Assembly: GCF_009914755.1 (NCBI RefSeq)
Contig: NC_060948.1
Length of the DNA: 64,000 nucleotides
Direction: 5' to 3' (one strand)
DNA from: the human T2T-CHM13v2.0 reference genome, Homo sapiens
Shown: positions 30,396-47,948 of the stretch, piece by piece
Layout: each line of letters starts with the position of its first letter
How positions within the stretch are numbered: the stretch's first letter is position 1
Translations under genes and position numbers: made by a program
Notes under the pieces: generated by a model
The model's database searches: none
Told to the model about the DNA's origin: nothing
Seen by the model: only the letters and a program-made list of their open reading frames with translations

Positions 30396-31412
30396 ATGGG
30401 GAAAAAAACAGAGCAGAAAAACTGGAAACTCTAAGGATCAGAGCACCTCTCCTCCTCCAAAGGAACGCAGCTCCTCACCAGCAATGGAACAAAGCTGCAC
30501 AGAGAATGACTTTGACGAGTTGAGAGAAGAAGGTTTCAGACGATCAAACTACTCTGAGCTAAAAGAGGAAGTTTGAACCCACGGCAAAGAAGTTTAAATC
30601 TTGAAAAAAAGTTAGCTGAATGGCTAACTAGAATAACCAATGCAGAGAAGTCCTTAAAGGACCTGATGGAGCTGAAAACCACGGCACGAGAACTACGTGA
30701 CAAATGCACAAGCCTCAGTAGCCAATTCAATCAACTGGAAGAAAGGGTATCAGTGATGGAAGATCAAATGAATGAAATGAAGTGAGAAGAGAAGTTTAGA
30801 GAAAAAAGAATAAAAAGAAACAAACAAAGCCTCCAAGAAATATGGGACTATGTGAAAAGACCAAATCTACGTCTGATTGGTGTACCTGAAAGTGACGGGG
30901 AGAATGGAACGAAGTTGGAAAACACTCTGCAGGATATTATCCAGGAGAACTTCCCCAATGTAGCAAGGCAGGCCAACATTCAAATTCAGGAAATACAGAG
31001 AATGCCACAAAGATACACCTTGAGAAGAGCAACTCCAAGACACATAATTGTCAGATTCATCAAAGTTGAAATGAAGGAAAAAATGTTAAGGGCAGCCAGA
31101 GAGAAAGGTTGGGTTACCCACAAAGGGAAGCCCATCAGACTAACAGCGGATCTCTCGGCAGAAACTCTACAAGCCAGAAGAGAGTGGGGGCCAATATTCA
31201 ACATCCTTAAAGAAAAGAATTTTCAACCCAGAATTTCATATCCAGCCAAACTAAATTTCATAAGTAAAGGAGAAATAAAATCCTTTACAGACAAGTAAAT
31301 GCTGAGAGATTTTGCCACCACCAGGTCTGCCCTAAAAGAGCTCCTGAAGGAAGCACTAAACATGGAAAGGAACAACCGGTACCAGCCACTGCAAAAACAT
31401 GCCAAATTGTAA
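30396..31412 (+). pseudogene. L1 ORF1p remnant (frameshifts and stops)
   Basis: ATG at 30396 and TAA at 31410-31412; ORF pieces KRPNLRLIGVPE...RAAREKG...ARREWGPIF...YPAKL. Confidence 0.95.
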
Positions 31413-31475
31413 AGACCATCGAGGCTAGGAAGAAACTACATCAACTAACGAGCAAAATAACCAGCTAACATCATA

Positions 31476-34045
<2,570 letters not shown>

Positions 34046-34904
34046 AATGCTTACACACTGTTAATGGACATGTAAATTCGTCCAGTCACTGTGGAAACAG
34101 TCTGGAGATTTCTCAAAGAACTTAAAACAAAATTACCCTTTGACCCAAAAATCCCATTACTGGGTATATACCCAAAATAAAACAAATCATTCTACCAAAA
34201 GGACATGTGCGCTCATATGTTAATAGTGAAGGAGGTGAAATAATACCAAAATATTTCTTCTCCTCACTCAAAATTACAGAGTTAAAAGGGATTTCAAAGA
34301 TCGTTTTTAACTATCTCACCTTAAAAAATAAATAATTTCTAGGTTTGTTAAGAAGCAAAGTGATAGCTCCAAGATTATCCAGGAAGCATCATAATCAGTC
34401 TTTGATTTAACATTCTCTCCACATCCAAATTCAAAACTAAACGTCTCTCCTTTTTCTTTTCAAAAATCCCAATGTATATCTCTAATTATCTATTATCTTT
34501 TACTGAATTTATTTAATATCTGGTTCATTTACTTGATTAAAAACTCCTTGAAAAGAGAGATCCTTTTTATTCACATTTGCATTCATAGACACATACATCT
34601 CACTTTGTACATTTCAACTAATGTTTATTAAATAGACAAAATTATTAAATTCAAAAATAAGGGCTAGACATTGGTTTTATGGCTATTATTCTTTTTACAA
34701 TGTTATCCTGCCACTTCTATTCGTTTATTTTACCTACTAAAAATTAAATTATATAACCTACGTAGAAATTGTTTTTCTACTGAAATAGTTCTGTCTGCTT
34801 CAGGTTCCTCAAGATGCTGTAAGAAATGCTAAAATAATACATGTAAATTAAGAAAAACCTTTTGGCAAAGAATATATTGTTTTAAAATTCCAAGGTCAAG
34901 AGAA

Positions 34905-35156
34905 TGATATGAAATATCCAAAACAGGAAAATATAAAGACAATTATTTGTGGTTTCCTGGGGCTTGAAGGAGAGGAGCTGGGGAGTGACTACTAATGGGT
35001 ATGTGGTTTATTTTTGGAATGATGAAAATGTTCCCAAATCAGATTATGATGATAGTCACACAACTCTTTATTCATTCTATAATCCACTGAATTGTACATT
35101 GTAAATAGGTGAACTTTATGGTATCTAAATTATATCTTAATAAAGCAGTTAAAAAA
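34905..35156 (+). mobile_element. L1MB-type 3' end
   Basis: GGGGAGTGACTACTAATGGGTA...CCACTGAATTGTACA...CTTAATAAAGC. Confidence 0.8.
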
Positions 35157-35329
35157 TGCTCTCCCCAAATGGAAAAAAAAATGGTCCATAATAAAATTGG
35201 TTGATGAGAAAGTTTAAATGATTTGAACTCCTGTGATTTAAAATTCTGGATATACTTACTACTCTTTATATAAGAAAGTTACAATATTAAAAGGATAGAT
35301 ATATTAACAGTAAAAAATAATCGCTTGGA

Positions 35330-35500
35330 GGATAATCAGCCGTATCTGGGTTCCGATTAAAGCTCTACCACTTACCTGATGTGTAATCAAGTTACTTAAC
35401 CACCTTGAACTACCGTTTCCTCAGAGGAAAATAATAGTACCTAATTCACAGAGTTGTCATAAATATTAAATAAGACCTATTATATTCAGTGCTTAATTCC
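35330..35500 (+). mobile_element. MIR relic
   Basis: CTCTACCACTTAC...CAAGTTACTTAACC...AATAGTACCTA core. Confidence 0.7.
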
Positions 35501-35739
35501 TCTTGTTATTCTTTCTCCACTTACTTTTATTTTATGCTATATCCAACTCTAGATTTTGGGGCCTAAGTCTACCCACATAATCACTTATTTCTTCTTTTCT
35601 TCATATGGATAATTTGCACTTTACAAGTGCAGAATTTAATATCTCATCTTGCAAACAGTCTCACCTTTGTTCCTCTTTGTTTTATATGAGAAAGCTTCAT
35701 GTGTCTACCTTCATCCTGCTAAACTCTATGTGGATTAGG

Positions 35740-35898
35740 AACATAAACTCTTAGGGCAAACTTATTGTATTTAAATTCCACTTCCAAAATTATTAACTAT
35801 TTGAACTTTGGTAAGTGACTGGCCTCTCTTGCCTCAGTTTCTTCATCTGTAAAGCAAAGATAAAAATAACGTTGACCTTATAGGCTTTAATACTGAGG
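35740..35898 (+). mobile_element. MIR relic (host of LTR)
   Basis: GCCTCAGTTTCTTCATCTGTAAA core. Confidence 0.75.
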
Positions 35899-36759
35899 TG
35901 TCTTAGTTCATTACGTGTTGCTATAACAGAAAACCTGAGGCTGAGTAATTTATTTTAGAAAAATAGGTTTATTTAGCTCACAATTCTTCAGGCTAGGAAG
36001 ATCAAGGGATGAAAGATCTTCAGGCTAGGAAGATGTACTTGGCTTCTCATGAGGACTTTTGTACTGCATTATAACATGCCAGAGAAAGTCAATGGAGAAG
36101 CAGACACACGTACAGAGACAAAACATGAGGGGCATCCTGCTTTTATAAGAACCCACTGTTAAAAGAAAAACCTCAAACATATTGAATTTAACAGAGTTTC
36201 ATTAAGCAAAGAACAATTTGTGAATGTGGAATTACCTCCTAACCAGAATAGCTTGAGGAAGATTCCAAGATGCTGTACGGTCGGATAGGATTTTTGGACA
36301 GAAAAAGGAAAGTGATGTACAGAAAATAGAAGTGAAATACAGAAACAGCTGGATTGGTTACAGCCTGGCCTTTGCCTTATTTGTACACAGTTTGAACAGT
36401 TGGCTGCCTGTGGCTAGCTGCAACTCAGTAATTCGTACAGTAGGAAATTATAGTCTATTTACACATCCAATTAGTTTACAGTTCACTAAATACTGAGAAA
36501 TGTTTCAGGACAAGCTTAAAATATGTAAGCAGACAGCTTTAGGCTAAATTTTAACACCCACTCTCAAGAGAATATTTTCAGTCTCTTGAGAATGAGAACT
36601 TATTCTCTACCACAAACCACGCCACGTAATTTATGAGAGATTCATCCTCATAATCCAAACACCTCCCTTTAGTCCCCACTTTCCAATACAACAAAACTGG
36701 GGATCAAATTTCAACATGAGTTTTGTTGGGGACAAGCAAACTATATCCAAGCCATAACA
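35899..36759 (-). mobile_element. MSTC-like MaLR solo LTR
   Basis: TG...CA termini; 5-bp TSD TGAGG at 35894-35898 and 36760-36764. Confidence 0.85.
36157..36556 (-). mobile_element. MER57-like ERV1 solo LTR nested in the MaLR LTR
   Basis: TGTTAAA...TTTAACA termini; TSD CCCAC; GAAACAGCTGGATTGGTTACAGC motif. Confidence 0.8.
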
Positions 36760-37441
36760 TGAGGATAGTACCTGCTAAATAGAAAGTTCACAGTCAATAT
36801 TGAATATCAAAAATGATTAATAAGTCTAATTATTCTCATAAAAATCTTCAAATTGTGGATCCATAAAGACTCTGGAGTTGCTTGTATTTTCCAATAAATA
36901 CTCTTATTCACTCTCTTAAACAAACTATTTTATTCTACACTTTATCCCAACAGAACCCTAACCCTTTATAGGGACCCTATATAACTGTAACCCTTTTCCT
37001 TACTATGTTTATTTCTTTATTATGCCTTAGCCTAGCTGGACTTGCAAAAAATAATATATTCATAGTCTGTGTTCATTCAGCACCCAGTTATGAAGAATCA
37101 GAAGACTACCTGGGAGGTCAAAGATTTTTACTTGCTCTAGAGTAGCTCAAAAAGGCTACTTGGACACAAAGGTACAAAGTAGGCAAGGGAGATTCTCCAG
37201 AATACATCTAAGGTAAGTAATATAACCTCTAGAACATCTATGTATTCTTGATTTTTTAAAAAACTCTTTTCATTTTTGTGGGATCATAGTAGGTGATATA
37301 TTTATGGGGTACATGAGATATTAGTATTTTGATACAGGCATGTAATGTGAAATAATCACATCATTGAGAATGAGATATCCATCCACTCAAGCATTTATCC
37401 TCTGTGTTACAAGCAACCCAATTACATTATTTTAGTTATTT

Positions 37442-37774
<333 letters not shown>

Positions 37775-39607
37775 TATTTTAGTTATTTTAAAATGTACAC
37801 ATTATTATCAACTATCCTGTTGTGCTATCAAATAGTAGGTCTTATTCATTCTTTCTAACTATTAACATTCCCTATTAACACTCCCTACCTGCTTCCCAAA
37901 CCCCCACTACCCTTTCCAGCCTCTGGTAACAATTTTTCTACTGCACATGTCCATGAGTTCAATTGTTTTGATTTTTAGATCCCACAGATAAGTGAAAGCA
38001 TGTGATGTTTGTTTTTCTTAGCCTGGCTTACTTCTCTTAACATAATGACATCCAGTTCCATCCATATTGTTGCAAATGACAGAATCTCATTCTTTTTTTC
38101 ATGGCCGAATAGTATGCCATTATGTATATTAGAACATTATCCATTCATCTGTTGATGGTCACTGAAATTGCTTCCTTATCAGCTATGTGAACAGTGCTGC
38201 AACTAACATGGGAATGCAGATATTTCTCTGATATACTTATTTCTTTTCTTTTGAGTATATACCCAGTAATGGGATTGCTGGATCATATGGTAGCTCTATT
38301 TTTTGCTTTTCTGAGGAAGCTCCAAACTGTTTTCTGCAGCGGTTGTACTAATTTACATTCCCACCAACAGTGTGTGAGGATTCTCTTTTCTCCACATTCA
38401 CACCAGCATTTGTTATTGCTTGTCTTTGGATAAAAGACAGTTTAACTGGGGTAAGAGAATATCTCATTGTACTTTTACTTTTCATTTCTCTGATGATCAA
38501 TGACGTTGAGCACTTTTGCCATTTGTATGTCTTCTTTTAAGAAATGTCTATTTAAATGTTTTGCCCAGCTTTTTATTGAACTATTAGATACTTTCCTACA
38601 GAGTTGTTTGAACTACTTATGTCTTCTGGTTATTAATCCCTTGTCAGGTGGATAGTTTGCAAATATTTTCTTCCATGCTGTGGGTTATCTCTTCATTTTG
38701 TTGATAGTTTTCTTTGCTGTGCAGAAGCTTTTTAAATTGATGTGATCCATTTTGTCTTTGGTTGCCACTTGTGGGGTATTGCTCAAGAAACTTTTGCCCA
38801 GACCAATGTCTTGAAGACGTTTCCCAAAGTTTTCTTGAAGTAATTTCATAGTTTATGTCTTAGATTTAAGTCTTTCATCCATTTTTATTTGATTTGTGTA
38901 TGTGTCAAGAGATAGGGTCTATTTTCATTCTTCTGCATATGGATACTCAGTTTTCCCAGTACAATTTATTGAAGAGACTGTTTTTTCCTCGGTGTATGTT
39001 CTTGGCACCTTTGTGGAAATTGAGCTCACTGTAGGTATGTGGATTTGTTTCTGGGTTCTCTCTTCTGTTCCATTGGTCTATGTGTCTGTTTTTGTTTAAG
39101 CCAGTACCATACTGTTTGGGTTACTATAGCTCTGTATTATAATTTGAAGTCAGGTACTGTGATTCCTCGAGCTTTGTTCTTTTGCTCAGGATAGTGCGGG
39201 CTATTCTGGGCCTTTTGTGGTTCTGTATAAAATTTAGGATAGTTTTTCCTATTTATGCAAAGAATTCACTGGTATTTTGACAGGGATTGCATTGAATCTG
39301 TAGATAGCTTTGGAGAATAAAGGCATTTTAACAATATTGATTCTTCCAATCCATGAACATTGACTATTTTTCCATTTCTTGGTGTCCTTTTCAACTTCTT
39401 TCCTCAGTGTTTTATAATTTTCATTATCGAGATATTTCACCTGCTTGGTTAATTTTTAGGTATTTAGTTTTGTGTGTGGCTATTGTAAATGGAATTACTT
39501 TTTAAATTTCTTTTTCAGATTGTTCCCTGTTGACATTTAGAAATGCTACTGATTTTTTATGTTAATTTTGTATTCTCCAACATTTTTTTGCTTTTTAGTT
39601 TTAATTG

Positions 39608-39654
<47 letters not shown>

Positions 39655-39661
39655 TGTGTGT
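39608..39661. repeat. (TG)n microsatellite
   Basis: Read directly. Confidence 0.97.
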
Positions 39662-40214
39662 TTGTGGAGTATTTAGTATTTTCCAAATGTAAAATCATAT
39701 CATCTGCAAACAAGTATAATTTGACTTCTTCCTTTCCAATTCAGATATCCTTTATATCTTTCTCTTGTCTGATTGCTCTAACTAGGACTTCCATTTCTAT
39801 GTTAAATAACAGCAGTGACAGTGGGCATCCTTGTTGTGTTCCAGATCTTAGAAAAAAGGCTTTCAGTTCTTTCTTGTTCAGTAGGATACCAGCTGTGAGT
39901 CTGTCATACTTGACTTTTATGTTGAGGTATATTCCTTCTACACCCAGTTTTTTGAGAGTTTTTATCATAAGGGAAGTTAAAAGTTATCAAATGCTATTTG
40001 GGCATCAATTAAAATGACTATGATATTTTTCCTCATTCTGTTGATATGATGGGTCACATTGACTGATTTGCATATGTTAAACCATCCTTGCATCACAGGG
40101 ATAAATCCCACTTGGTCATGATGAATGATCTTTCTAATGTATTGTTGAACTTGGTTTTCTAGTATTTCATTGAGAATTTTTGCATGAATATTCATCAGAG
40201 ATATTGGTCTGTAG

Positions 40215-40259
40215 TTTTTGTTTTGTTTTGTTTTGTTTTGTTTTGTTTTGTTTTGTTTG
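40215..40259. repeat. (TTTTG)n microsatellite
   Basis: Read directly. Confidence 0.95.
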
Positions 40260-41691
40260 AGGTGTTTGTCTGGTTTTGGTATCAAGGTAATACTGGCCTC
40301 ATAGAATGAGTTTGAAGGTGTTCCCTCCTCTTCTATTTTCTGGAATAGTTTGAGTAAGAATGTTATTTGTTCTTCTTTAAATGTTTGATAGAATTCAGCA
40401 ATGAAGCCATCAGGTCCCAGGCTTTTCTTTACTGGGAGGATTTTATTATGCCTTTGATCTTGTTATTTGTTATTGTTCTGTTCAGGTTTTGGATTTCTTC
40501 ATGGTTTAATCTTGGTAGATTGTATGTGTCTAAAAATTTATTCACTTCATCTAGTTTTCCCAATTTATTGGCATATAGCTGCTCATAGTAGCCCCTAATG
40601 AATTTAAATTTCTGCAGTATCAGTTCTAATGTCTACTTTTTCATTTCTGCTTTTATTTATTTGTATCTTCTCTCTTTTTCTCTTAGATACTCTGGCTACA
40701 CATTTATCAATTTTGTTTAGCCTTCCAAAAATAAATATTCTTGATTTTTTACATACTGTAAATAAGTATCTGTGTCATCTTTGCAGTTAACTTCCCATTG
40801 ATTAATAATTGAGAAACATTTAAAAATCTCTTTCTCTGCAAAAATAGAATATTTTAAGATTTTTATAAAGTAATATAGAAAGTTCTGTGCTGCACTCAAA
40901 TCAAGACAATATTTTGTTTAAGTATTATGGTAATGATAGCTGTTCAGAGAAACTCAATGGCTATTTTTTTTGTTACTGGCAGTCATAGTAGTGCCCTGGG
41001 CAAAGTTATGAAAGGCTCATTAACATTATTAACCATAATAAACCAGCGTTTTTATTATATTAAGTCAATTTTTTTTTCACAGCATTTAAAATATTTTGAA
41101 ACAGAATTGGCATATTATGTACTTTCTTTAATATCCATGGGTTTATATATATTAATAGATTAAGCAGCAAATGAGTGTTTGCCTTTGGACAGTTTGAACA
41201 TTGCATTAAGCTCCTTATAAGTTTCTCATTTTCTTTCTTTAGCCTTACTTGTTCCTGACTTTTAATAGTCCGATATGCATCACGTCATTTTTTCATTAGT
41301 GCTGCTACCATGAGCATTTATGATAATTCAGTGTATGTGCCATAGTTATTACTGTAAGCCTCTGAACTGAGAATTAAACCTCATAAAGTCAGTTAACTGT
41401 GTAGAATATTTCAGTCTATCACGGTCAATTATTCTTAAAGACTATAGCCTCCCACCCAGTGCACTGAGTAACTCAAGAAATAGGAAGATATTTTCATTTA
41501 TATAATAAGGTTGACATGTGCCTTTACAATCCTCTTGAGCATGTCAATAAAAACATACCATACTTTCTATAAACAATTGTTACCATGCCCTCTAATTGTT
41601 GATATCTGATAAAATCTTCTATCTTATATTTGATACACTTATGCACAACATAATGATATACAATAATATGCCAATATTTTGTTTCAGTATT

Positions 41692-42015
41692 ATAGTAATG
41701 ATAGCTGATATATGATAGTGGCCTCATCAGATCATAATACCATTTTTTATCATACTCTTTCTATGTTTAGATATATTTAGATATAGAAATGCTTGCCATT
41801 GTGTTACAGTTGCCTACAGGATTCAATACAGTAACATTGTATACAGGTTTGTAGTGTAAGAGCAATAGACTATAACATGTAGCCTAGGTGTGTGGTAGGC
41901 TGTACCATCAAGATTTACGTAAGTACACTCTATGATGTTCACACAATGAAAAAAAAAATTTCTAATGATGCATTTTTCAGAACGTATTCCTGTCATTAAT
42001 CAACACATAACTGTA
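41692..42015. mobile_element. Tigger3/MER7-like DNA transposon relic
   Basis: TAGCCTAGGTGTGTGGTAGGCTGTACCATC...GCATTTTTCAGAACGTATTCCTGTCATTAATCAACACATAACTGTA. Confidence 0.8.
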
Positions 42016-43734
42016 TTCAAATATATGATCAATAGCTATAAACCACGGATTCATATAGACCATTTGATAGTTATAAAGCTTGAAGATACCAGATAATACT
42101 TCATTTTGTAAAATTCAGGAAAAATAAAAAGATTTGGCACATGACAGATACATATCTGTGGATGTAGGTTTTTTTTTGCTGTAGTTTTCATTTCTTCAAT
42201 GTGTGTTATGTGAAATTTACAGGTTTATACATATGTAATAAATATTTAGCTTTTTTTGTTCTTGAAATGTGTTAATATTATTTACATTTAAGCTATTTAC
42301 TATCTATGTTTTAAAGACTTACCTATATATTATTTGCACATATTTCCATTCAAAAAGAAAAAACATATCATCAAAGAAACAAATAAATGAAATTTATGCT
42401 CCTAACTATCATTAAAAAAAAACTTGTTAGGCAGTAAGAAATGACTGAGGATTTTTTATATACTCCAAGGGTGATTTGTTTCTATTGGTGGAGGTAATTA
42501 TATTGCATTGTAACTTCAACATGCATTCTACATTAACTTTTGTAAATAGCAACAGCAAACAGTTGTTTCTAAACTCATCTTCAAAAAAAAGGTTCAGTAT
42601 TGGCAGAAAAGTATAGAACATACTATTTTAGATAAAAATATTAAGAGAATTCTGAGAATGAAGTAGACTTAAAGTTGAAGACAAAAAGAAAATGCTTGTA
42701 TGTATTAAAATAAATGAAATGACATATTGTGGCCAATACTATGCCCCACAGGTTTTATGGATGTTAAATAATTTAATATATATAAAGACATACTAGTATC
42801 ATTATTTCAGAAGTGAGCAATCTCAGACTCTGAGGCTGCAAGTAACTTGCCCATGATTATGTTGCTAGTAAATGATATAAAGATGCTGAAATGCAGATAG
42901 ATTTGTTCTTGATACTTGCTCTTATCCACAACAATATACTGCCTCCCAGAAGGAGGAATACATTCATTTGTAAAAGAAAGTGAAGCAACTGAAGGAACAG
43001 ATCGTGTTTGCAAAGTGTACTACCTCTAGTTATAATGACCAACATATGAGCTTGCTTCCTAAGGCCAACCGACCTAAAGTAACAACTAATTAACAGGAAC
43101 TGGTTTCCACTCTGGGAGTCAAATATGTGAAAAGTTGCATTTAAAAAACTAATAATTAATGTAATTTTATTTAACTATTTTTGAAAAATACTTCTTTATT
43201 CTCCAAAGTATACTTTAAATTTTTATTCAAATTCATGTAAAGCACTGACAAAGTGGTCAAAAACATTCCATGAATAAATTTAGGGGAATTACTTTATTAA
43301 AAAACCTCAAAGACACTTTCTGTGTGTGTGTGTGGATATACTAGGTGAAGTGTTTATCCTTTGGGACACTGAACAAACCTCAGCTTTTTAATACATGTTT
43401 TTCTGACTCTCTTAGAGAGTATTTGTCAATCTTTCCTTTTTTCTGAACCAATTTTCTCATACCTTCCATGGCAATTCACACATTGCAATGAAATTATATT
43501 TTCATGCTTACTTCATTAAGTAAACTGCATCGAACACAGGTAGAATTGGGTGTTTATTCCATCTCTGTAGTCCCACCACTAAATAAGAGGCTGAATACAT
43601 GTGTAATAGTGTAATAAAAAGCACATGTGCTTAATTATATTTTAAAGCAGAGGTGGAAAATACGTTTTGAATTCAGAGTAAGATTTCAAATGTGATGTTT
43701 GAATCTGAACAAAATATTAGGTTTTTAAAAATAT

Positions 43735-44098
<364 letters not shown>

Positions 44099-45271
44099 TC
44101 ACTTTCAAATGGATTTTCATAAGAGCATTAGCAAAAATGCCAGTTTTATGAAAGTTCAGACACTGTAACACATGGCCAAGGTATTACCAAGCTAAATATA
44201 TGATTATTTTCTTCCCCCCCGCCCTTTAAGAATGAATACATACACAGGAAGAGTGTCTAGGAAATCTCCACATACCCCATTCCCAAACATACACAAAAAT
44301 TAGCTAGGTTTCGGTAAAAACAAAATGTCATAAGGGGGAGCATTTAGGTGTGGTTGACTTTTTAAAGTTCTGAATATAATAATACAAAATCTGTTTAAAT
44401 ATTTGAAATGTTTTAAGAACATACTGACAGGCTGCTAGTTTCATTATTGAATGTTTCTTCCAGAGAATCTTCAGTTTCCCAAAGGAGTTGTGTGCACAAT
44501 TGCTTTTGCTATTATTAATTTATGGTAACTTGTTCACTTGTTCTCAAGTAGTTCTGTTTGTAGCTACATTTTATGGTGTGCCACTAAACTGCAATAGTCT
44601 CTGAGTGCATTTCTTAAGCAAAATATAAGGTAATTACAATGGTAGCTTGACAATGAAAGAGGAAAACATTCTACTCTATACATGACTACTTTATCTTCAT
44701 GTTTTTAATAGTCTATGGAACAAATTAATTGTTAACAACAAAGTTCCTAACCTATAGTCAGAATAAATTCCACCTATATTGTTCATAAACATCTCAGCAA
44801 CTATCAAAGTGTTTACTTACATAAGGTAGGAAATGATAAATTATGTAAAATGATTGTTTGGAAATAAAACCAGTAACTAGACATTCTTTTAGAATGTCTC
44901 CTCAAAGCAAATTCTACTTTTAGGTGTTTTTTTATCCTACCTGTCTCCTTCTCATGAAAATCTCATATTCAATTTCACAGCACCACTGTTTCAATAGAGA
45001 TTACTATCCCCTTTAAGAAGAAGATTATTGGCCAAGCCCAAAACTAATAATAATTTGATTACTGGAAATTATTTATTTCAGATGAGACAATTTATTGATC
45101 AGTATTTAGGTTTAAGTAAACAAAAGACTTTAATTTTGTCTAAAAATTAATTTATAAAAATGGAAATAGTGGCCAGATACCAACTCTTGACAGCTTTGCC
45201 AGATTAGATGACTTCTATCTGGTGACAAGGGATTAAGATTCCCAAGAAAGAATTAAAAATATTCAATATTG

Positions 45272-45620
<349 letters not shown>

Positions 45621-47948
45621 TTAATATTTTACATTTATGAGGCTTCTTTTGGTACTAATAGTACAAAGAATTAATGTACTAAAAACATAATTTCACAATA
45701 GCTAATGAAACTCATAGGACGGTCTTGTGAATACATATTGGAATAGCTTTAAAAACCGTCATCATATGGTTTTAACATGAAGTATTCAATAAGGGTGCAA
45801 AGTGAGACATAGTTCAAATTTTACAGACTTACGTTTCCTTTCTCAGCCTCTGAACTAGTGTCTAAAATTATTCATCAGCATAACTACTCTAGAATACATT
45901 TTGGTTTCTTAAATATGACCTTTTATGATGGAATGAGTTTAGTTCTACTAAAAAATGAATTAATGGGGCAGAAGAAGGGAAGTGAAAACGAAGTGAATAA
46001 AAAATAAATTTCTTCAGATCTAAGATTTATAAGGTCATCCTTTTCCCAAAATGTACCAATTTATGTTTTCAAAAAGATATCATTATTCTAATATTCAGTA
46101 ACTTTGCAATGAATGTTGATCTATCATAAACACTATTACATATACTTGCTATTTCATAAGTATTTCATCTCAGAAGCCTGCTGTGCTTTTCTGGTCTTCT
46201 AATTAATCAGCTTTTCCCACCTTGTGATTGTCTAATTTTCACTTAATTGCTTTACAGTAATAAAGTTTATCTTGCATTCTTCTCCCATCAGGGTGAGACT
46301 TTTTAAAATGCAACAAATCTTCAACCTGTAGAGCTGAAGATGATACATTATATTAGGATGGTTTCTCTTCCTCTGAGATTTAGAAAATTACATTTTCAAC
46401 TGAAGGTTGAAAAGATTATTATGAGCCACCTATAGCCAGTTGTTCATCACTTATTGAATGTCATAAATAAACAATTTTTGGAAAAGAACATTTTTCAAGG
46501 AAAAGAAGGCAATATGAAACAATATTATACCAAATCTATTTCCTTTTTATTGACTGTTGATATGAGATCTCTTTCATACTCACAGTTTCACGAACTTATT
46601 TTCTAAAACTTATTTTGCTACTTCTACAACTCATTGGCAAATGCTCAAACATTAATTTGAGCTACTGATTAAATAATACAATAACTAAAGAAATCTCATG
46701 TTTATTTTTATTATGCTCATCCTTTTCTTTAATAAGAATCTATACATTAGCTGCACATTTACAGTCATGACAAAACTTCTTTTATGTTTGATACCATATA
46801 CACTACTGTAATAATTTGCATATTAAGCATAAAGCTGTAGCAATCATGTAAATTAATATATACCTTTTAATATAGTCACCATTTAGACTCGGAACAATTA
46901 TTTAGACCTCATTTTTATATCCTGGTTTTACTGTATCTAAAAACAATAAAGCAGTGGAGCCTTAAAGATAAAGCCTCTGCATATAAAAGCTTTGTTCTTA
47001 AAGGACCTAGCTCAATTCTGCTATCAGAATGAAGAAAGTCGGTAAGACTACTCCCTTCACCAAACTTTTCAATAACATTAATGTCTATAACAGAAACCAC
47101 TAATCATTTTTCTTACAGGTCACTCAAGAATATTACAAATTTTCAGTCTGTGATCTTTGTGAATTTAATGTTAGTTTATCTGGTTTGAAAAGCCAATATG
47201 AAGATGGATCAATAATCACTCAGCTATGTAACTGTTATTTGCCTCTCAACATTTGAGGTAAAATATAAAAACAGAACTGCTCTATTCTGAGCTTCCAAAT
47301 TTGTAAATTCTCTATTGTATACACCTAGATGAAATTTGAAGAAAATTTGTTTCTTTTACCTTCAAATATGATTAATTAATTCCAGTAAGTGCTTAATGCC
47401 TTTAAACAATACTTAGCACAGCTGCCTGTGGAACTCAGTATTTAGTTTTTGTTAATGGGGTAATCAGTTGTGACAGACCAATGATATCACAAGATGGGTA
47501 CACTTTTGATTTTATGTAGTCAATATTGCCATTGAGGTTTAAGAGATTCTTTTGTTTAAAAAATGACAACATAAAATTACGTACTGCCTTTTAAATAGTT
47601 AGAAACTTAATTATAATCACTAGCTGTATGATTTTAACATAAAATGACAAAATGTTTTAGGTTTGATTTGTAAAATCTGTACTTCTAATATAACCTCCAT
47701 TATTCCCAAACATTGTTGTTACTGGAGCTTCATGTGGCTACAAAACTGCCAACAAGAGTGTCTCTAATGAGTACTACAATTGCAAAACGCCATAAGCATC
47801 CCAGTCTTGGTTTCATAAAAGAGATGATGAGTTATCTCATGAATACCGTTATGCCACAAAAAACAAGGAAACTTTGCTGTCATGGTGTTTTCTTGATACT
47901 AAAACTCAGTGTAGTGAATTAGATGACTACATGAGCAACATTTGGAAC

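Noticed and set aside
39559-40017. 152-aa ORF with a VC repeat
   Set aside because: Antisense L1 ORF2 read through a (TG)n microsatellite
44464-44524. Possible plus-strand 61-nt exon (TTCTTCCAG...ATG|GTAACT)
   Set aside because: Weak donor, no partner exon, peptide not recognised
45833-45890. Possible minus-strand exon ending AAC|GTAAGT
   Set aside because: Good donor but no convincing acceptor tract
47713-47922. 69-aa ORF in unique sequence
   Set aside because: Non-ATG start, no recognisable motif or splice context; length compatible with chance
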